Source: Mobula birostris
Lineage: Eukaryota
Direction: 5' to 3'
NCBI RefSeq assembly: GCF_030028105.1
Contig: NC_092374.1
Location: forward strand, 188,450,638 to 188,514,637
DNA length: 64,000 bases
Shown here: positions 11,334-24,061 of the stretch, in pieces
Layout: each line of letters begins with the position of its first letter
How positions within the stretch are numbered: the first letter of the stretch is position 1
Notes under the pieces: model-generated
What the model saw: the letters and a program-made list of their open reading frames with translations, nothing else
Database searches by the model: none
Told to the model about the DNA's origin: nothing
Program-made: the position numbers and the translations under genes

Positions 11334-11848
11334 TTTATACTTGTGCGTTAGTGCGTCTGCGTCGCTCGGCAATTCGCGCATGCGCACTCACCTGCCCGCG
11401 CAAGGCTTCATGGTCATTGTAGTCTCGGGTAAACAAGACGAGAGCGTCTTTTTTCGTGCGAAATGTGTCCTCCATAATTTCGGAGGTCTGTAAAGCTTTA
11501 TGGAAAGCATTGCAGCCAGAGTTCCTTCCCAGTCCTTCAGTCGCCCAATGGGAAGCTACTGCAGCGTAAGTTGATTGCGGACCAATCACAGTTGTTGCGT
11601 TCTGCGTTGCCGCGGCGCGAAGTTTGGGAGAGGTGCGCGTCACAGCAGCACTATAAATGGCGACGCGTGGTCGCAGAATTAGAAACCGGGCTTTCTCCCT
11701 AAGTTCTCAAACGTGATGGCAGCAGCTTCCAGGGCCCGTAAGGCATGAGCCGTTCTGGATGCCGAGCCACCTCGGCCTCAGCGCTCCTGCGGTGGCACCG
11801 AGAATCACCGTGAAGCGCGCTTCCCATTCCCTGAACATTATTTCTTAC

Positions 11849-11906
11849 CTCCTACGCGGCCCAGCCTGAACAGCGAACAAAAACAAAACGCGATCAAATA
11901 ATTCAT
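11849..11906 (-). CDS. Gene A exon 1: signal-peptide (leader) exon
   Basis: ATG at 11906 gives MNYLIAFCFCSLFRLGRVG + G|gtaaga. The phase-1 donor joins in frame to the 689-994 IgV exon (junction codon GCT). There is an in-frame upstream ATG at 11966. The exon lies in a CpG-rich region. Confidence 0.8.
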
Positions 11907-12090
11907 TTGCTGTCTTCTAAACTTCAGCGATCCTTGAAAACTCTGCTCGACCAGCCAACGCCCCATCTAAATGGGGCGGGGACAGGCATTGCGTAAAACC
12001 GGGATAACCCTGTCAGTAAAAATACAATAAATTCAGAAGGTGTTTTATCCCCCCCTGGTGACGTTAAGTTGATTGGGTGGTTCCGGTTGG
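11907..12090 (-). promoter_or_regulatory. Putative gene A promoter / 5' UTR
   Basis: GC box (ggggcgggg ~11972-11980), TGACGT at 12059-12064, CCAAT on the minus strand at 12072-12076 and an ETS-type CCGGAA at ~12081-12086, in a CpG-rich context. Motif-only evidence. Confidence 0.5.
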
Positions 12091-12099
12091 AGTTACAAT

Positions 12100-12535
12100 G
12101 CCTATACGAAGGCTCCAATGCGCAAGATCACAAGAGCTTGCAGAAGGTTGTAGATTTAGCCAAATCTATTATAAGAACACCTTCAAGAGGTGGTACATCA
12201 AGACGGCGGCACGGATCTTTAAAGACCCTCACCATCCAGGACATGTCCTCTTCTCATTACCACCATCAGGGAGGAGGTACAGGAGCCAGAAGACTCACAC
12301 TCAACGTTCAGGATATGGATCTACCCCAAGGCCATCAGATCTCTGAACGAACAATGAACAAACCATGAACACTACCACTCTATTTCTGCTCTATTTTAAC
12401 GCTAATCAGTTAATTGAATTTTTTAAACATACTTCTTATTGTAATTTATAGTATTTTATGCATTGCACTATAATGCTGTAGCAAATCAAAAAGAAAATTA
12501 ATGACATATGTCAGTGGTATTAAACCGGATTCTGA
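12100..12535 (+). mobile_element. Rex1-type LINE 3' fragment
   Basis: Peptide IKTAARIFKDPHHPGHVLFSLPPSGRRYRS, the RT C-terminus shared with other copies in the window. Boundaries approximate. Confidence 0.7.
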
Positions 12536-12814
12536 TTTAAACAGAATTTTTGCAGTTTGTGTGTGTGCGTGGTGTGCGTGTATAAACACTGTACACATAT
12601 AAATACACACATATACTATGTGTGTGTATATATATAGTGCTTATAAAGAAATCACCCCCTCCCCTTGGAAGTCCATGCTTTATTGTTTTGCAACATTGAA
12701 TCACAGTTGATTTAATTTGGCTTTTTTTGACCCTGATCAACAGAAAAAGTTTCATGTGAAAGTGAAGATGGTTCTCTACAAAGTGACACACACAAAATGC
12801 TGGTGGAACGCAGC

Positions 12815-13460
12815 AGTCCTATGTGGATGAGTGTGTGCCAACAAAGACTGTACATTTCCAAACCAAAAACCGTGGATGAGCCAGGAGGTACGTCATCTGC
12901 TGAAGGCTAGATCTGTGGCATTCAAGTCCGGCAACCCAGGCCTGTACCAGAAAACCAGATATGATTTGCGGAGGGCTATTTCAAGGGCAAAGAGACGATT
13001 TCAAACGAGGTTGGAGGCGACATCGGATGCACGGCAACTCTGGTAGGGTCTACAGGACATTACTTCCTACAAAGTGAAACCCAATAGCATGAATGGCAGC
13101 AATGCTTCACTACCAGATGAACTCAACGTCCTCTATGCATGCTTTGAAAAGGAGAACACAACTACAGCTGTGAAGATCTCTGCTGCACCTAATGATCCTG
13201 TAATCTCTGTCTCAGAGGCCGATGTTAAACTGTCTTTAAAGAGTGAACCCAAGCAAGGCAGAAGGTCCCAATGGCGTACCTGACAAGGCTCTGAAAACCT
13301 GTGCCAACCAACTAGCGGGAGTATTCAAGGACATTTTCAACCTCTCACTGCTATGGGCAGAAGTTCCCACTTGCTTCAAAAAGGCAGCAATTATACCAGT
13401 GCCTAAGAAGAATCATGTGAGCTGCCTTAATGACTATCGCCCGGTAGCACTCACATCACC
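12815..13460 (+). mobile_element. Rex1-type LINE internal fragment
   Basis: FPNQKPWM..., [23 protein letters not shown]; frameshifted. Confidence 0.8.
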
Positions 13461-13489
13461 AGTCAGATGTATCAATATTACAGCGGAAT

Positions 13490-15310
13490 GAGGGGAATAA
13501 CAGAGGCATGAGATAGGAGTTGGCCAGATTGATTTGAAAAAAGAAACACTGGGAGGGATGACAGCAGAGCAGCAACGGCTGGATATTCTGGAAGCAATTC
13601 ACAGGGCACAGGATATAAACATCACAAATAGGAAGAGTATTCCAAAGGCAAGATGACACAACTGTGGCTAACAAGAGAAGTCAAGGCCAACATAAAAGCC
13701 AAAGAGAGGGCAGAGAATAGAGCAAAAATTAGTGGGAAGTTAGAGAATTGGGAAGCTTTTGAAAGTCAACAGAAGGCAACTAAAAAAGTCATTAAGAAGG
13801 TAAAGATGGAATATGAAAGTAAGCTAGTGAATAATATTAGAGGATACCAAAAGTTTCTTCAGATACACACAGTGTAAAAGAGAGGTGAAAGTGGATTTCA
13901 GACCGCTGGACAAGGAAGTAGTGGATAAACTGAATAAGTATATATTGTATTCATCTTCACTGTGGAAGACACTCACAGTATGCTGGAAGTTCTGAGTGTC
14001 AGGGATCACGAAGTGTGTGCAGTCACCATAACTAGCAAGCTTCTTGGGAAACTGAAAGATCTGAAGGCAGATAAGTCACCTGGACCAGATGGTGTACATC
14101 TCAGTGTTATGAAAGAAGTGACTGAAGAAATGGTGGAGGAATTAGTGATGACCTTTCAAGAATCACTACATTCTGGAATGGTTCTTGAAGACTGGAAATT
14201 TGCAAATGTCACTGCATTTTTCAAGAAGGGAGAGAGGCAGAGGAAAGAAGATTGTAGGCCATTTGGTCTGACCTCAGTGGTTGGGAAGACGTTGGAGTCT
14301 ATTGTTAAGGGTGAGGTGTCAGGGAACTTGGAGGCACATGATAAAATAGGCCATGGTTTCCTCAAGGGAAAATCTTGACTGACAATCTGTGAGAATTCTT
14401 TGAAGAAATAACAAGCAGGATAGACAAAGGAGAATCACTTGATGTTGTGTACTTGAATTTTCAGAAGGCCTTTGAGAAGGTGTCACACATGAGGCTGCTT
14501 AACAGGATACAAGTCCATGATATTACAGGAAAGATTCTGGCATGGATACAGCAGAGGCTGATTGGCAGTAGGCAAGGAGTGGGAATAAAAGGAGCCTTTT
14601 CTGATTGGCTGCTGGTGACTAGTGGACTAGTTTCACAGTGGTCTGTGTTGGGACTGATTCTTTTTACATTATATGTCAATATTTGGATGATGGAATTGAT
14701 GACTTTGTTACAAAGTTTGTGGATGATATGAAGAAAAGTGGAAGGGCAGGAAATTTTGGGGAAGTAGAGAGGCTACAGAAGGACTTACACAGATTAGGGG
14801 AATGGGCAATGACGTGTCAGATGGAATACAGTGTTGGGAAGTGTATTGTCATGCTCTTTGATAGAAGAAATGGAAGGGTTGACTATTTTCAAAATGGAAA
14901 GAAAATACATAAAAACTGAGGCACAAAGGGACTTGAGAGCCCCTGTGCAGGATTCCCTGAAGGTTAATTTGCAGATTGAGTCTGTGGCGTGGACTAAAAT
15001 GCAAAAGGAAGGATATAATGTTGAGACTTTATAAAGCACTGGTGATGCCTCATGGAGCATTTTGAGCAGTTTTGGGCCCCTTATGTTAGAAAGGATGTGC
15101 TGAAACTGGAGACAGGTCAGAGAGATTCACAAGATGGTTCCAGGATTGAATGGTTTGTCATTGATGTCTCTGGGCCTGTATTCAGTAGAATTCATAAAAA
15201 TGTAGGGTTACCTCTTTGAAACCTACCAAATGGTGAAAGGCTTTGGTAGATTGGATATGGAGATGATTTTTCCTATGGAGGGAGAGTCTACGACCAGAGG
15301 ACACAGCCTC
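13490..15310 (+). mobile_element. CR1 LINE ORF2 fragment, degenerate
   Basis: KADKSPGPDGVH, DWKFANVTAFFKKG, YLNFQKAFEKVSH and FVDDMK; many stops and frameshifts. Confidence 0.85.
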
Positions 15311-16334
15311 GGAATAAGTTGTGCAAAAATGGAAATAAAAAAGTAGTGAGGTGGTGTTCATGGGTTCAATGTCCATTCAGAAATCTGATGGCAGAGGGGA
15401 AGAAGCTGTTCCTGAATCATTGATAGTGTGCTTTCATGCTTCTGTACCTCCTTCCTGATAGTAGTAATGAAAACAGGACATGACCTGAGTGATGGGGGTC
15501 CTTAATGATAGACGTTGCTTTTTCGAAGCATCACTCCTTGAAGGTGTCCTGGATACTATGGAGGCTGATGGTGACGATGGCGCTAATGTCTAACTGTAAT
15601 GTAAACTGCATGCAGATAAGTAGCAAAATAATGGCATGTGAATTGATGGGATCAGTGAATACTAAGATGGGCTACAGAGAAATAAGCAGAGGTGGAAGAG
15701 ATGAGACTGCTGTTCTGGGAGGTTGTATGTCCCCGATGGACTCAGTAATGCTTGTCTGATGCTATGAGCCTGCGATGCCGCTGCAAGTGAGTTTTTCATT
15801 GCACCTGTGCGTACGTCTACTTGTGTATGCGACGATGGATTTGACTTTTGACCTTTGACCGAATGATTGCCGTCTATGTAGTAACGAGTAAGTGACAAGA
15901 TGCAGTGTGAGATGCACAGAGAAGTAAAAATGTACACAACCGTTTTCTATAATCTGCAGTACGCTTTGAATGGCATTCCGGTCCTCGTGGGGGCAAGCGG
16001 AAAGCTGGTGGCAGGACTCTGACGCCTGTACTCTTGGCGGATCTTCCAGGAGTCGCAGTGAAGTACCATACTGTGCAAATGAACAACCGATTATCCTTCT
16101 AATTTGTAATCCCCAGAATAGTTGAAGCCTGCTGGCTCCTTCACTGCAGGAATGAGGTTGAAGGGGGAGCTGATGATCCTGAGAATGAAGGGGTGTCAAA
16201 GAAAAAGAGACATAACTGTATTGTTCTTGCTGACAACACCCATGCAGCAGAAATGTCGCTTGGTGACTAGGCTATGTATACATTTTTTGTATGACTATTT
16301 TTACTGCTATCTGCCTTGTCCTGTGTATGACTAT

Positions 16335-16845
16335 AGGACTATAAGATATAGGAACAGAAATAGGGCAGTCGGCCCATTGAGCCTGCTCCACCAATCATGG
16401 GCTGATCCAATTCTACCAGTTATCTCCACTCCCCTGCCTTCACTCCATACCCCTTTGATGCCCTGGCTAATCAAGAACCTATCTATCTCTGCCTTAAATA
16501 CACCCAATGACTTGGCCTCTACAGCCACTCATGGCAACAAATTCCACAGATTTACCATCCCCTGACTAAAGTAATTTCTCCGCATCTCAGTTCTTAAAGG
16601 ACGTCCTTCTATCCTGAAGTCGTGCCCTCTTTTCCTAGGATGCCCTACCATGGGAAATAACTTTGCCATATCTAATCTGGTCAGGCCTTTTAACATTCAG
16701 AATGTTTCTATGAGATCCTCTCTCATTCTCCTGAACTCCAGGGAATACAGCCCAAGAGCTGCCAGATGCTCCTCATACAGTAACCCTTTCATTCCTGGAA
16801 TCATTCTCATGAATCTTCTCTAAACCCTCTCCAATGTCAGACTGA
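16335..16845 (-). mobile_element. CR1 3'-end fragment
   Basis: Minus peptide EAKSLGVFKAEIDRFL and the CR1 3' terminus with short tandem tail. Confidence 0.8.
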
Positions 16846-16850
16846 TGGTG

Positions 16851-17758
16851 CAAGTTGAGTACTCCTTATCTGAAATGTGTGGGGCTAGAAGAGTTCCAGA
16901 ATTTGGATTTTCCAGATTTTGGAATATATAATGAGATAGTTTAGGATCGCCATCACTTTTGACTCTGAATTTATGTGCAACCAGTAAGCAGTCTTTGTCT
17001 TACACTTGTTTATCACACATCTGTACATCACTCTAAAAATTGTTGCATACCATTAATATAATAAAACTGTAATGTGTGCAGGATAACAAAAGCAGCACAG
17101 CAGTATCAGAGAATACCTGAATCAGCTGTTGAACAGCAAACAATGGCAGGATTTCAGTCTCTACCTATGATGCCATCTTTTCATGAAATGTTTACAGCAC
17201 ACTGTGATTACATTTGAGTTTTTTTTATAGGTTTTATGTAAGGCATTAAAACAATCAGCATTGTAAACTCGTTCTGGTGTTACATTTTCATCAGCAACAG
17301 TATTTGCAAGCTTATCAATGAATCTCTGCTGCTTTGTGATCAGCAGACACTTTAACATTCTTAAAATCTTTAAAAACTTAATGCCGTGCCTTTTCTTAAA
17401 TTTCGGCAACCAGCCAGATAAATATTCATAATTACCTTCAATCTTCAGTTCATCGTGATAGATCTTCGCTTGTTTCATGATCGGCATACTGTTAAGCGGC
17501 ATATGTTCATTCCAGTGCTGACGAAAGCTTACTTTCAATACACAATTGAGATCTTAATTTTTCACTTCATGCAATGGTTTTCTAGTTTTCATTAACATTA
17601 CATTTGTGACGTCACTTCTCAGAACTGTCTGGCCAGAGAACCTCTCCAGCACGTTGTGGAAGTTTCCAGTTGTGATATCATGTCAGCACTTTGGAAAAAA
17701 AATGAGGATTTTGGCGGTTTTCAGATTTTGGAATTTCGGGTAATAAGTCCCCAACCTG
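16851..17758 (-). mobile_element. Tigger/pogo DNA transposon, internally deleted
   Basis: TIR-like ends CAAGTTGAGTACTCCTTATC and ...CCCCAACCTG followed by TA. CENP-B HTH-like peptide GWLPKFKKRHGIK and PERVYNAD. Confidence 0.8.
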
Positions 17759-17989
17759 TACCTCGTTTTGCACTTTGACCCCGGAGGAACACTGTTTCAT
17801 TTGGCTGTATTCATCGGTATTCATGGATGGTTGAATGATAATTAAACATGAACACGAGCTTAATATAATGGTGATGTTGATAAGGAAGAGTATCTTGCAG
17901 GGATACAGGATTTCTCAAAGGGACTGGGTGACGCATCTGTTCTATGGTTTTTCATGAAGTAAGGTGAAAGTAATTCCAATTCCCACCGC

Positions 17990-18155
17990 CATTCCTTTGG
18001 AATGTGTGAGGAAACCTGAGCACCCGGAGGAAGCCCGTGTGGTCACAGGGAGAGCACGTAGATTCCACTCCGACAGCCCCAGAGGCGGGGATTGAACTCG
18101 GCCACGACTAGGCCGTGTGAGGCAGTCGCTCCACCAGCGATGTCACTGTGCTACC
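17990..18155 (-). mobile_element. tRNA-derived SINE (V-SINE-like), degenerate
   Basis: B-box-like GAGTTCAATCC and the central ccgggtgctcaggtttcctcacacattccaaag domain. Related copies at ~35240-35420, 40220-40420 and 41140-41290. Confidence 0.65.
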
Positions 18156-18984
18156 CCAAAGTGAGCCAAAGATTCCCAGACGTCCTGGAGCCAGACAACA
18201 TGGAAGCAAACCTTTCAGCATGTTTGGCCAACAATGGATGTCAGGCATCCATTGACACTAATCCACTGGCAATGATGCATTTATTTATGGAGGCTTTCAG
18301 CATATCCTTGAATGTGTTCCTCTGTCTACCTTGTAATTCTTTCCACCCGAATAGATCATCTGATTTAGGTCTCGGGTTCCAGGCACGTGAACGATATCCC
18401 TAGATCGCTGCTGATGTTGTTCTTGCAGTTATTCCAAAAGTTTCAAAGGATTCAAAGGTACATTTAATGTCAGAGAAATGTATACAATATACATCCTGAA
18501 ATTCTTTTTCTTTGCAACCATCCACAAAAACAGAGGAGTGCCCCAAAAATGAATGATAGTTAAATGTTAGAACCCCAAGGACCACCCACCAGATATTCTA
18601 ACAGGGCTATGAGATACCTGCTGCAGATGGTGTAATTTATTTAAAAAATCATTCAAATTATATATTATCAGAATCAGGTTTAATATCGCTAACATAAGAC
18701 AAGAAATTTGTTCTTTTATTTACAGTACAATACATTAAAAACTATAAATTACAATGAGAAATATGTATTTAAAAATTAACTTAAATAAGCTGGGCAAAAA
18801 GAGAGGAAAAGTAGTGAGCTAGTTGTCGATTCTGGTGATTTTTGATCTGCAGGTTCTTTTAGGAGTCTGAGATTCAGAAACTTGTCACTTCACAATCTTT
18901 TGCTGAAAGTTTAAAACAGGGAAGTGGGTACAGGGGACGTGAAACTAAAGATTAAAGAACTAAGAACAACAAGAACTAGGATGC

Positions 18985-20110
18985 AAACAACAGGAATTCT
19001 GCAGATGCTGGAAATTCAAGCAACACACATCAAAGTTGCTGGTGAACGCAGCAGGCCAGGCAGCATCTCTAGGAAGAGATGCAGTCGACGTTTCAGGCCG
19101 AGACCCTTCGCCAGGACTAACTGAAGGAAGAGTGAGTAAGGGATTTGAAAGTTGGAGGGGGAGGGGGAGATCCAAAATGATAGGAGAAGACAGAAGGGGG
19201 AGGGATGGAGCCAAGAGCTGGACAGGTGATAGGCAAAAGGGATACGAGAGGATCATGGGACAGGAGGTCCGGGAAGAAAGACAAGGAGGGGGACCCAGAG
19301 GATGGGCAAGAGGTATATTCAGAGGGACAGAGGGAGAAAAAGGAGAGTGAGAGAAAGAATGTGTGCATAAATATAAGTAACAGATGGGGTACGAGGGGGA
19401 GGTGGGGCTTTAGCGGAAGTTAGAGAAGTCAATGTTCATGCCATCAGGTTGGAGGCTACCCAGACGGAATATAAGGTGTTGTTCCTCCAACCTGATTGTG
19501 GCTTCATCTTTACAGTAGAGGAGGCCGTGGATAGATATGTCAGAATGGGAATGGGATGTGGAATTAAAATGTGTGGCCACTGGGAGATCCTGCTTTCTCT
19601 GGCGGACAGAGCGTAGATGTTCAGCAAAGCGGTCTCCCAGTCTGCATTGGGTCTTGCCAATATATAAAAGGCCACATCGGGAGCACCGGATGCAGTATAT
19701 CACCCCAGCGGACTCACAGGTGAAGTGTTGCCTCACCTGGAAGGACTGTTTGGGGCCCTGAATGGTGGTAAGGGAGGAAGTGTAAGGGCATGTGTAGCAC
19801 TTGTTCTGCTTACACGGGTAAGTGCCAGGAGGGAGATCAGTGGGGAGGGATGGGGGGGACGAATGGACGAGGGAGTTGCGTAGGAAGCAATCCCTGCGGA
19901 ATGCAGAGAGAGGTGGGGAGGGAAAGATGTGCTTAGTGGTGAGATCCCGTTGGAGGTGGCAGAAGTTACGGAGAATAATATGTTGGACCCGGAGGCTGGT
20001 GGGGTGGTAGGTGAGGACCGGGGGAACCCTGTTCCTAGTGGGGTGGCGGGAGGATGGAGTGAGAGCAGATGCACGTGAAATGGGGGAGATGCGTTTAAGA
20101 GCAGAGTTGA
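18985..20110 (-). mobile_element. Penelope-like element 3' fragment (GIY-YIG + pLTR)
   Basis: ORF 19410-20198 is near-identical to 8401-8853 (VIYCIRCSRCGLLYIGKT). The hammerhead core is mutated to CTGGCGA (~19083-19120). Confidence 0.9.
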
Positions 20111-20279
20111 TAGGATGGTCATTTTTGCAGAAGGAGTCACTTTCATACCGAGTTAAGGCAAATTTCTGAGATAAACAAGGGCCTATTGGATGGCACACAG
20201 GTGTAGCATATTTAACACTCAGCCAATGAAAAATGAAAGATGATAAAACTGTTACATAAAAATGTAACTGTTATAACAA

Positions 20280-21080
20280 ACATGAGGATATCTGCAGATG
20301 CTGGAAATCCAGAGGAACGCACACAAAATGCTGGAGGAACACAGCAGATCAGGCAGAATCTATGGAAATGAATAAACAGTCAATGTTTCAGGCCAAGACA
20401 CTTCATCAGGACTGGGAAAAAAGATGGGAAGTCAGAGTAAGAAGGTGGGGGGAGGGGAAGAAGAAGAAGAAGAAGAGGGTGATTAGTAATAAGTGAAAGC
20501 AGAAGAGAGGAGGGGTGAAGTAAAGAGCTGGGAAGTTGATCGGTGAAAGAGATAGAGGACTGGAGAAGGAGGAATCTGACAGGAGAGGGTAGAAGGTCAT
20601 GGAAGAAAGGGAAGGGGAGGAGAAACCAGAGGGAAGTGATGGCAAGAGATAGGAAAGGGAAAGAAACAGGAATGGGGAATCGTGGAAAGAGGGGGGTAAT
20701 TACCAGAAGGTTGATAAATTTACGTTCATGCCATCAGGTTGGAGCCGACCCAGATGGAATATAAGATGTCGTTCCTCCATCCTGAGTGTGGCCTCATTAT
20801 GGCAGTAGAGGCGGCCATGGACTGACTTCGGAATTGGAATGGGAAGTGGAATTGAAGGTGGTGGCTTTTTCTGGTAGATGGAGGGTGGGTGCTCGGTGAA
20901 GTGGCCTGCCAGTCTATGTTGGGTCTCACCGATATACAGGAGGCCACACTGGGAGCATCGGAAGCAGTAAATGTCGCCTCACCTGGAAGGACTGTTTGGG
21001 GTCCTGAATGGTAGTGAGGTTGGAGGTGTAGGGACAGGTGTTAGCACTTGTTCCACTCGCAAGGATAAATACCAGGAGGG
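20280..21080 (-). mobile_element. Older Penelope-like 3' fragment
   Basis: Degenerate GIY-YIG C-terminus and pLTR similar to 18985-20110. Confidence 0.75.
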
Positions 21081-21509
21081 AGATCATAAAATGCTATGTA
21101 ATGGTTATATCATTTTGCCACCAGTAGGTGGAGTCTCACACCACATATTGTGAAAAATATAAGTTATACTTTAGGGAAACTACAAAAAACTCATGAATTC
21201 AATTTATAGCTTATTAAAAACTTAAAGAACAACCGATTCCAACAGTAGAGTTCGTGGGCTGGTTCATAGTCCATTCAGAAATCCGACATTGGAAGGAAAG
21301 AAACTGTTTCTAAAATGTTGAGTGTGTTCCTTCAGGCTCCTGTTCCTCCTCCCTCTTGGTAGTAACAAACATATTAAATAATGACATTCATTATACATCT
21401 TGCTCTACGTTTGTTGTAGCATCAGTAAAATGCATTTCTTACAATATGTCAATGCTACTCAGAATTCTTCCCTAAAGAAAGTGCCTCTGAGAGGTTTTTA
21501 CAAGGACCT

Positions 21510-21700
21510 AGCCCCTCTGTTTCCATGGCAGCAAAGCCCTGAACTGTGGTCCTTCCTCACAGAGCCTCTGCTGTGGCTGCACTTGAACTTCAGTGCATCG
21601 CTCAGCATGGACTCCTGCAGCCTGGGCCCTGTCAATCAGCAGTGTTCATACGTGGGAACTCCTCACACTGGGAAGACCAGCAAGGTCTGCACAAATCAGT
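21510..21700 (-). mobile_element. Degenerate Tx1 3' fragment
   Basis: The reverse complement ctgcaggagtccatgctgagcgatgcactgaag...ggaaggaccacagt aligns with the end of Tx1 ORF2 at 11039-11115. Confidence 0.7.
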
Positions 21701-22769
21701 GTTCTGATAAAGAGATTGGCTTTATTTGTCATGTGTACGTCAAAAGATGCAGTGAAATGCGTTGTTTGTGTCAAATCAAGTCTGCGAGGATTATCCTTGG
21801 GCAGTCCACAAGTGTAGCCTCATTTCCAGTGCCAAGGTAGCATGCCCACAGCTAAATAACTGTCTCTGAGGGTCTTTGCAATGTGGGATTAAACCAGAGC
21901 ACCCAGAGGAAATCATGCGGCCGCGGGGAGAACTTGCGAACTCCTGACAGGCAGCATAATGGAGTGAGGGCAATACGGAAGGCTGAATCCCAACATAGAA
22001 GGTACAGGAGCCTCAGGACTCACACCAACAGGTTCAGGTACAGTTATTACCCCTCAGCAATCAGGCCCTTGAACCAAATGGGATAACTTCACTCAACTTT
22101 ACTTCATCACTGAAATGTTCCCACAACCTATGGACTCACTTTCAGGGTCTCTTCACCTCATGCTCTTGCTATTTATTGCTCATTTATTTATTATTATTAT
22201 TATTATTTATATTTGTATTTGCACAGTTTAAAGACTGTGCAAATACATCCTGGTTGGTGTGGTCTTCCATCGATTCTGTTATGGTTATTAGTCTATTATG
22301 GATTTATTGAGTATGCCCACAAGAAAATGAATCTCAGGGTAATATATGGTGACGTATATGTACCTTGATAATAAAATTACTTTGAACTTTGAATTTTCTC
22401 CCACCATTCTTACACCTGGTATTTTGGGTATTTAACTGACTGGAATTGGTTTATAATTTTCTCATGTACCAGCATCCAGTGAAAAGCTTATCTTGCAGAT
22501 CATTGCATGGTGTGTTGAGGTGGAACAATTTAAAACAATAACAGATGCAGTATAAGGTGTAATGGTTACAGAGAAAGTGTAGTGTGCAGGTAATTGGCAA
22601 TGGTGAATAGAGTCTGGGGCCATGTGGATGGTGGGAACATGAGGGGATTAGATTACAGAGGAAGTAACTAGGGAAAGGGGTTACTTTGTGATACTGCATG
22701 GACTCGATGGTCTGAATGGCCTCCTAATCTACATCATAAGGAAATATGGAAAATGAGAAAGCATTTGAG

Positions 22770-23260
22770 ATAGTACTGAAAGAATGCAGAGAAAGTTTAC
22801 AAGGATGTTACCAGAACTTGAGGGCCTGGGCTACAGGGAAAGATTGAGTAGATTAGTACTTTATTCCCTGGAGAGCAGGGGAATGAGGGGAGAGTTGATA
22901 GAGGCATACAGGATTGTGAAAAGTAAAGTAAAGGCAAGAAGGCTGTTTTCACTGAGGTTGGGTGAGTCTAGAACTAGATGTCATGGGTTAAGGGGGAAAG
23001 GTGAAATGTTTAAGGGGATCATGAGGGAGGACTTTTTCACTCAGAGTGTCATGCAAGTGTGGAATGTGCTGCCAGTGCAAGTGGTAGATTTGGGTTTGAT
23101 TTCAGCATTTAAGTGAAATTTGATTAGGTACGTGGGTGGAAGGTGTATGGGAGCCAGGGTCTGCTGCAGGTTGATGGGACTAGGTGGAATAATAGTTCAG
23201 CACAGACTAGATGGGCCAAATGGTCTGTTTCTGTGCCCGTAGTGTTCAATGCCTCCATGA
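22770..23260 (+). mobile_element. CR1 3'-end fragment
   Basis: MQRKFTRMLPELEGLGYRERL...MRGELIEAYRI and the CR1 3' UTR. Confidence 0.8.
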
Positions 23261-23592
23261 GGGCCCCAAGACCATTCACTGGAAGAACACGTAGGCCCTG
23301 TGTGAGTGGCAGAAGGAGCTAATCACCTCACAAACTAGCACCCCTCCACTCCATTCCAATCACCATCCAGAAGGAACCATAGAGCCACAGAAACAAGCCA
23401 TTCTGCACCCCACTCTGACCGCACACCAAGTATGGTTTTCATGTGTATGAAACCAAGTAACTTCCACTGGCTCTGTTGCTTGCTGTACCTTAGTATCTGA
23501 GATCCCCACACTGAACTCTGGACCAAACAAACTGGAGTGCCAGTATGACATCCTAACTCCACGGGGTTGACTAAGAAGAGGGAGATTGAGAA

Positions 23593-24061
23593 TGTGACGA
23601 GAATACACATAGATTAAGATGTTAGCTGTCCTGTGCTGGCACCAGTGGGAGCAGCAGTTGGTCTGCCACCTGTCTTCAGGAGAGAGAGAAATAAGGAAAA
23701 CAATGGAGCAGCATTTGGAGATGTTAATGAAGGGACGGGAGAGTTTAACGGAAGGAGAGCTGTCAAGATTGGCTCCCCCTTTGAACCCTGAACTGTTTGA
23801 AGTGATGGACAGGCGATACCCCAGCAGGGGGATAAAAAGGGACAGGTTTGCTAGACAATGATAGAGCTTGATTGATCCTGTTATCTTAATTCTGTGTACA
23901 TGTGGGTTTATCATTGCTGAACTGTTGCATTTATTATCCTTTTGATTAGAGTACTGTGTTGCTTGTTTCTTTAATAAAACTTTCTTAGTTCTAGTAATCC
24001 AGACTCCAACTGAGTGATCCATTTCTGCTGGTTTGGCAACCCAGTTACGGGGTGCGTAACA
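23593..24061 (+). mobile_element. Solo LTR (469 bp, Gypsy/ERV-type)
   Basis: Termini TGTGAC...GTAACA. Exact 4-bp TSD AGAA (23589-23592 and 24062-24065). TATA-like GATAAAAA at ~23830 and AATAAA at ~23973. Confidence 0.85.
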
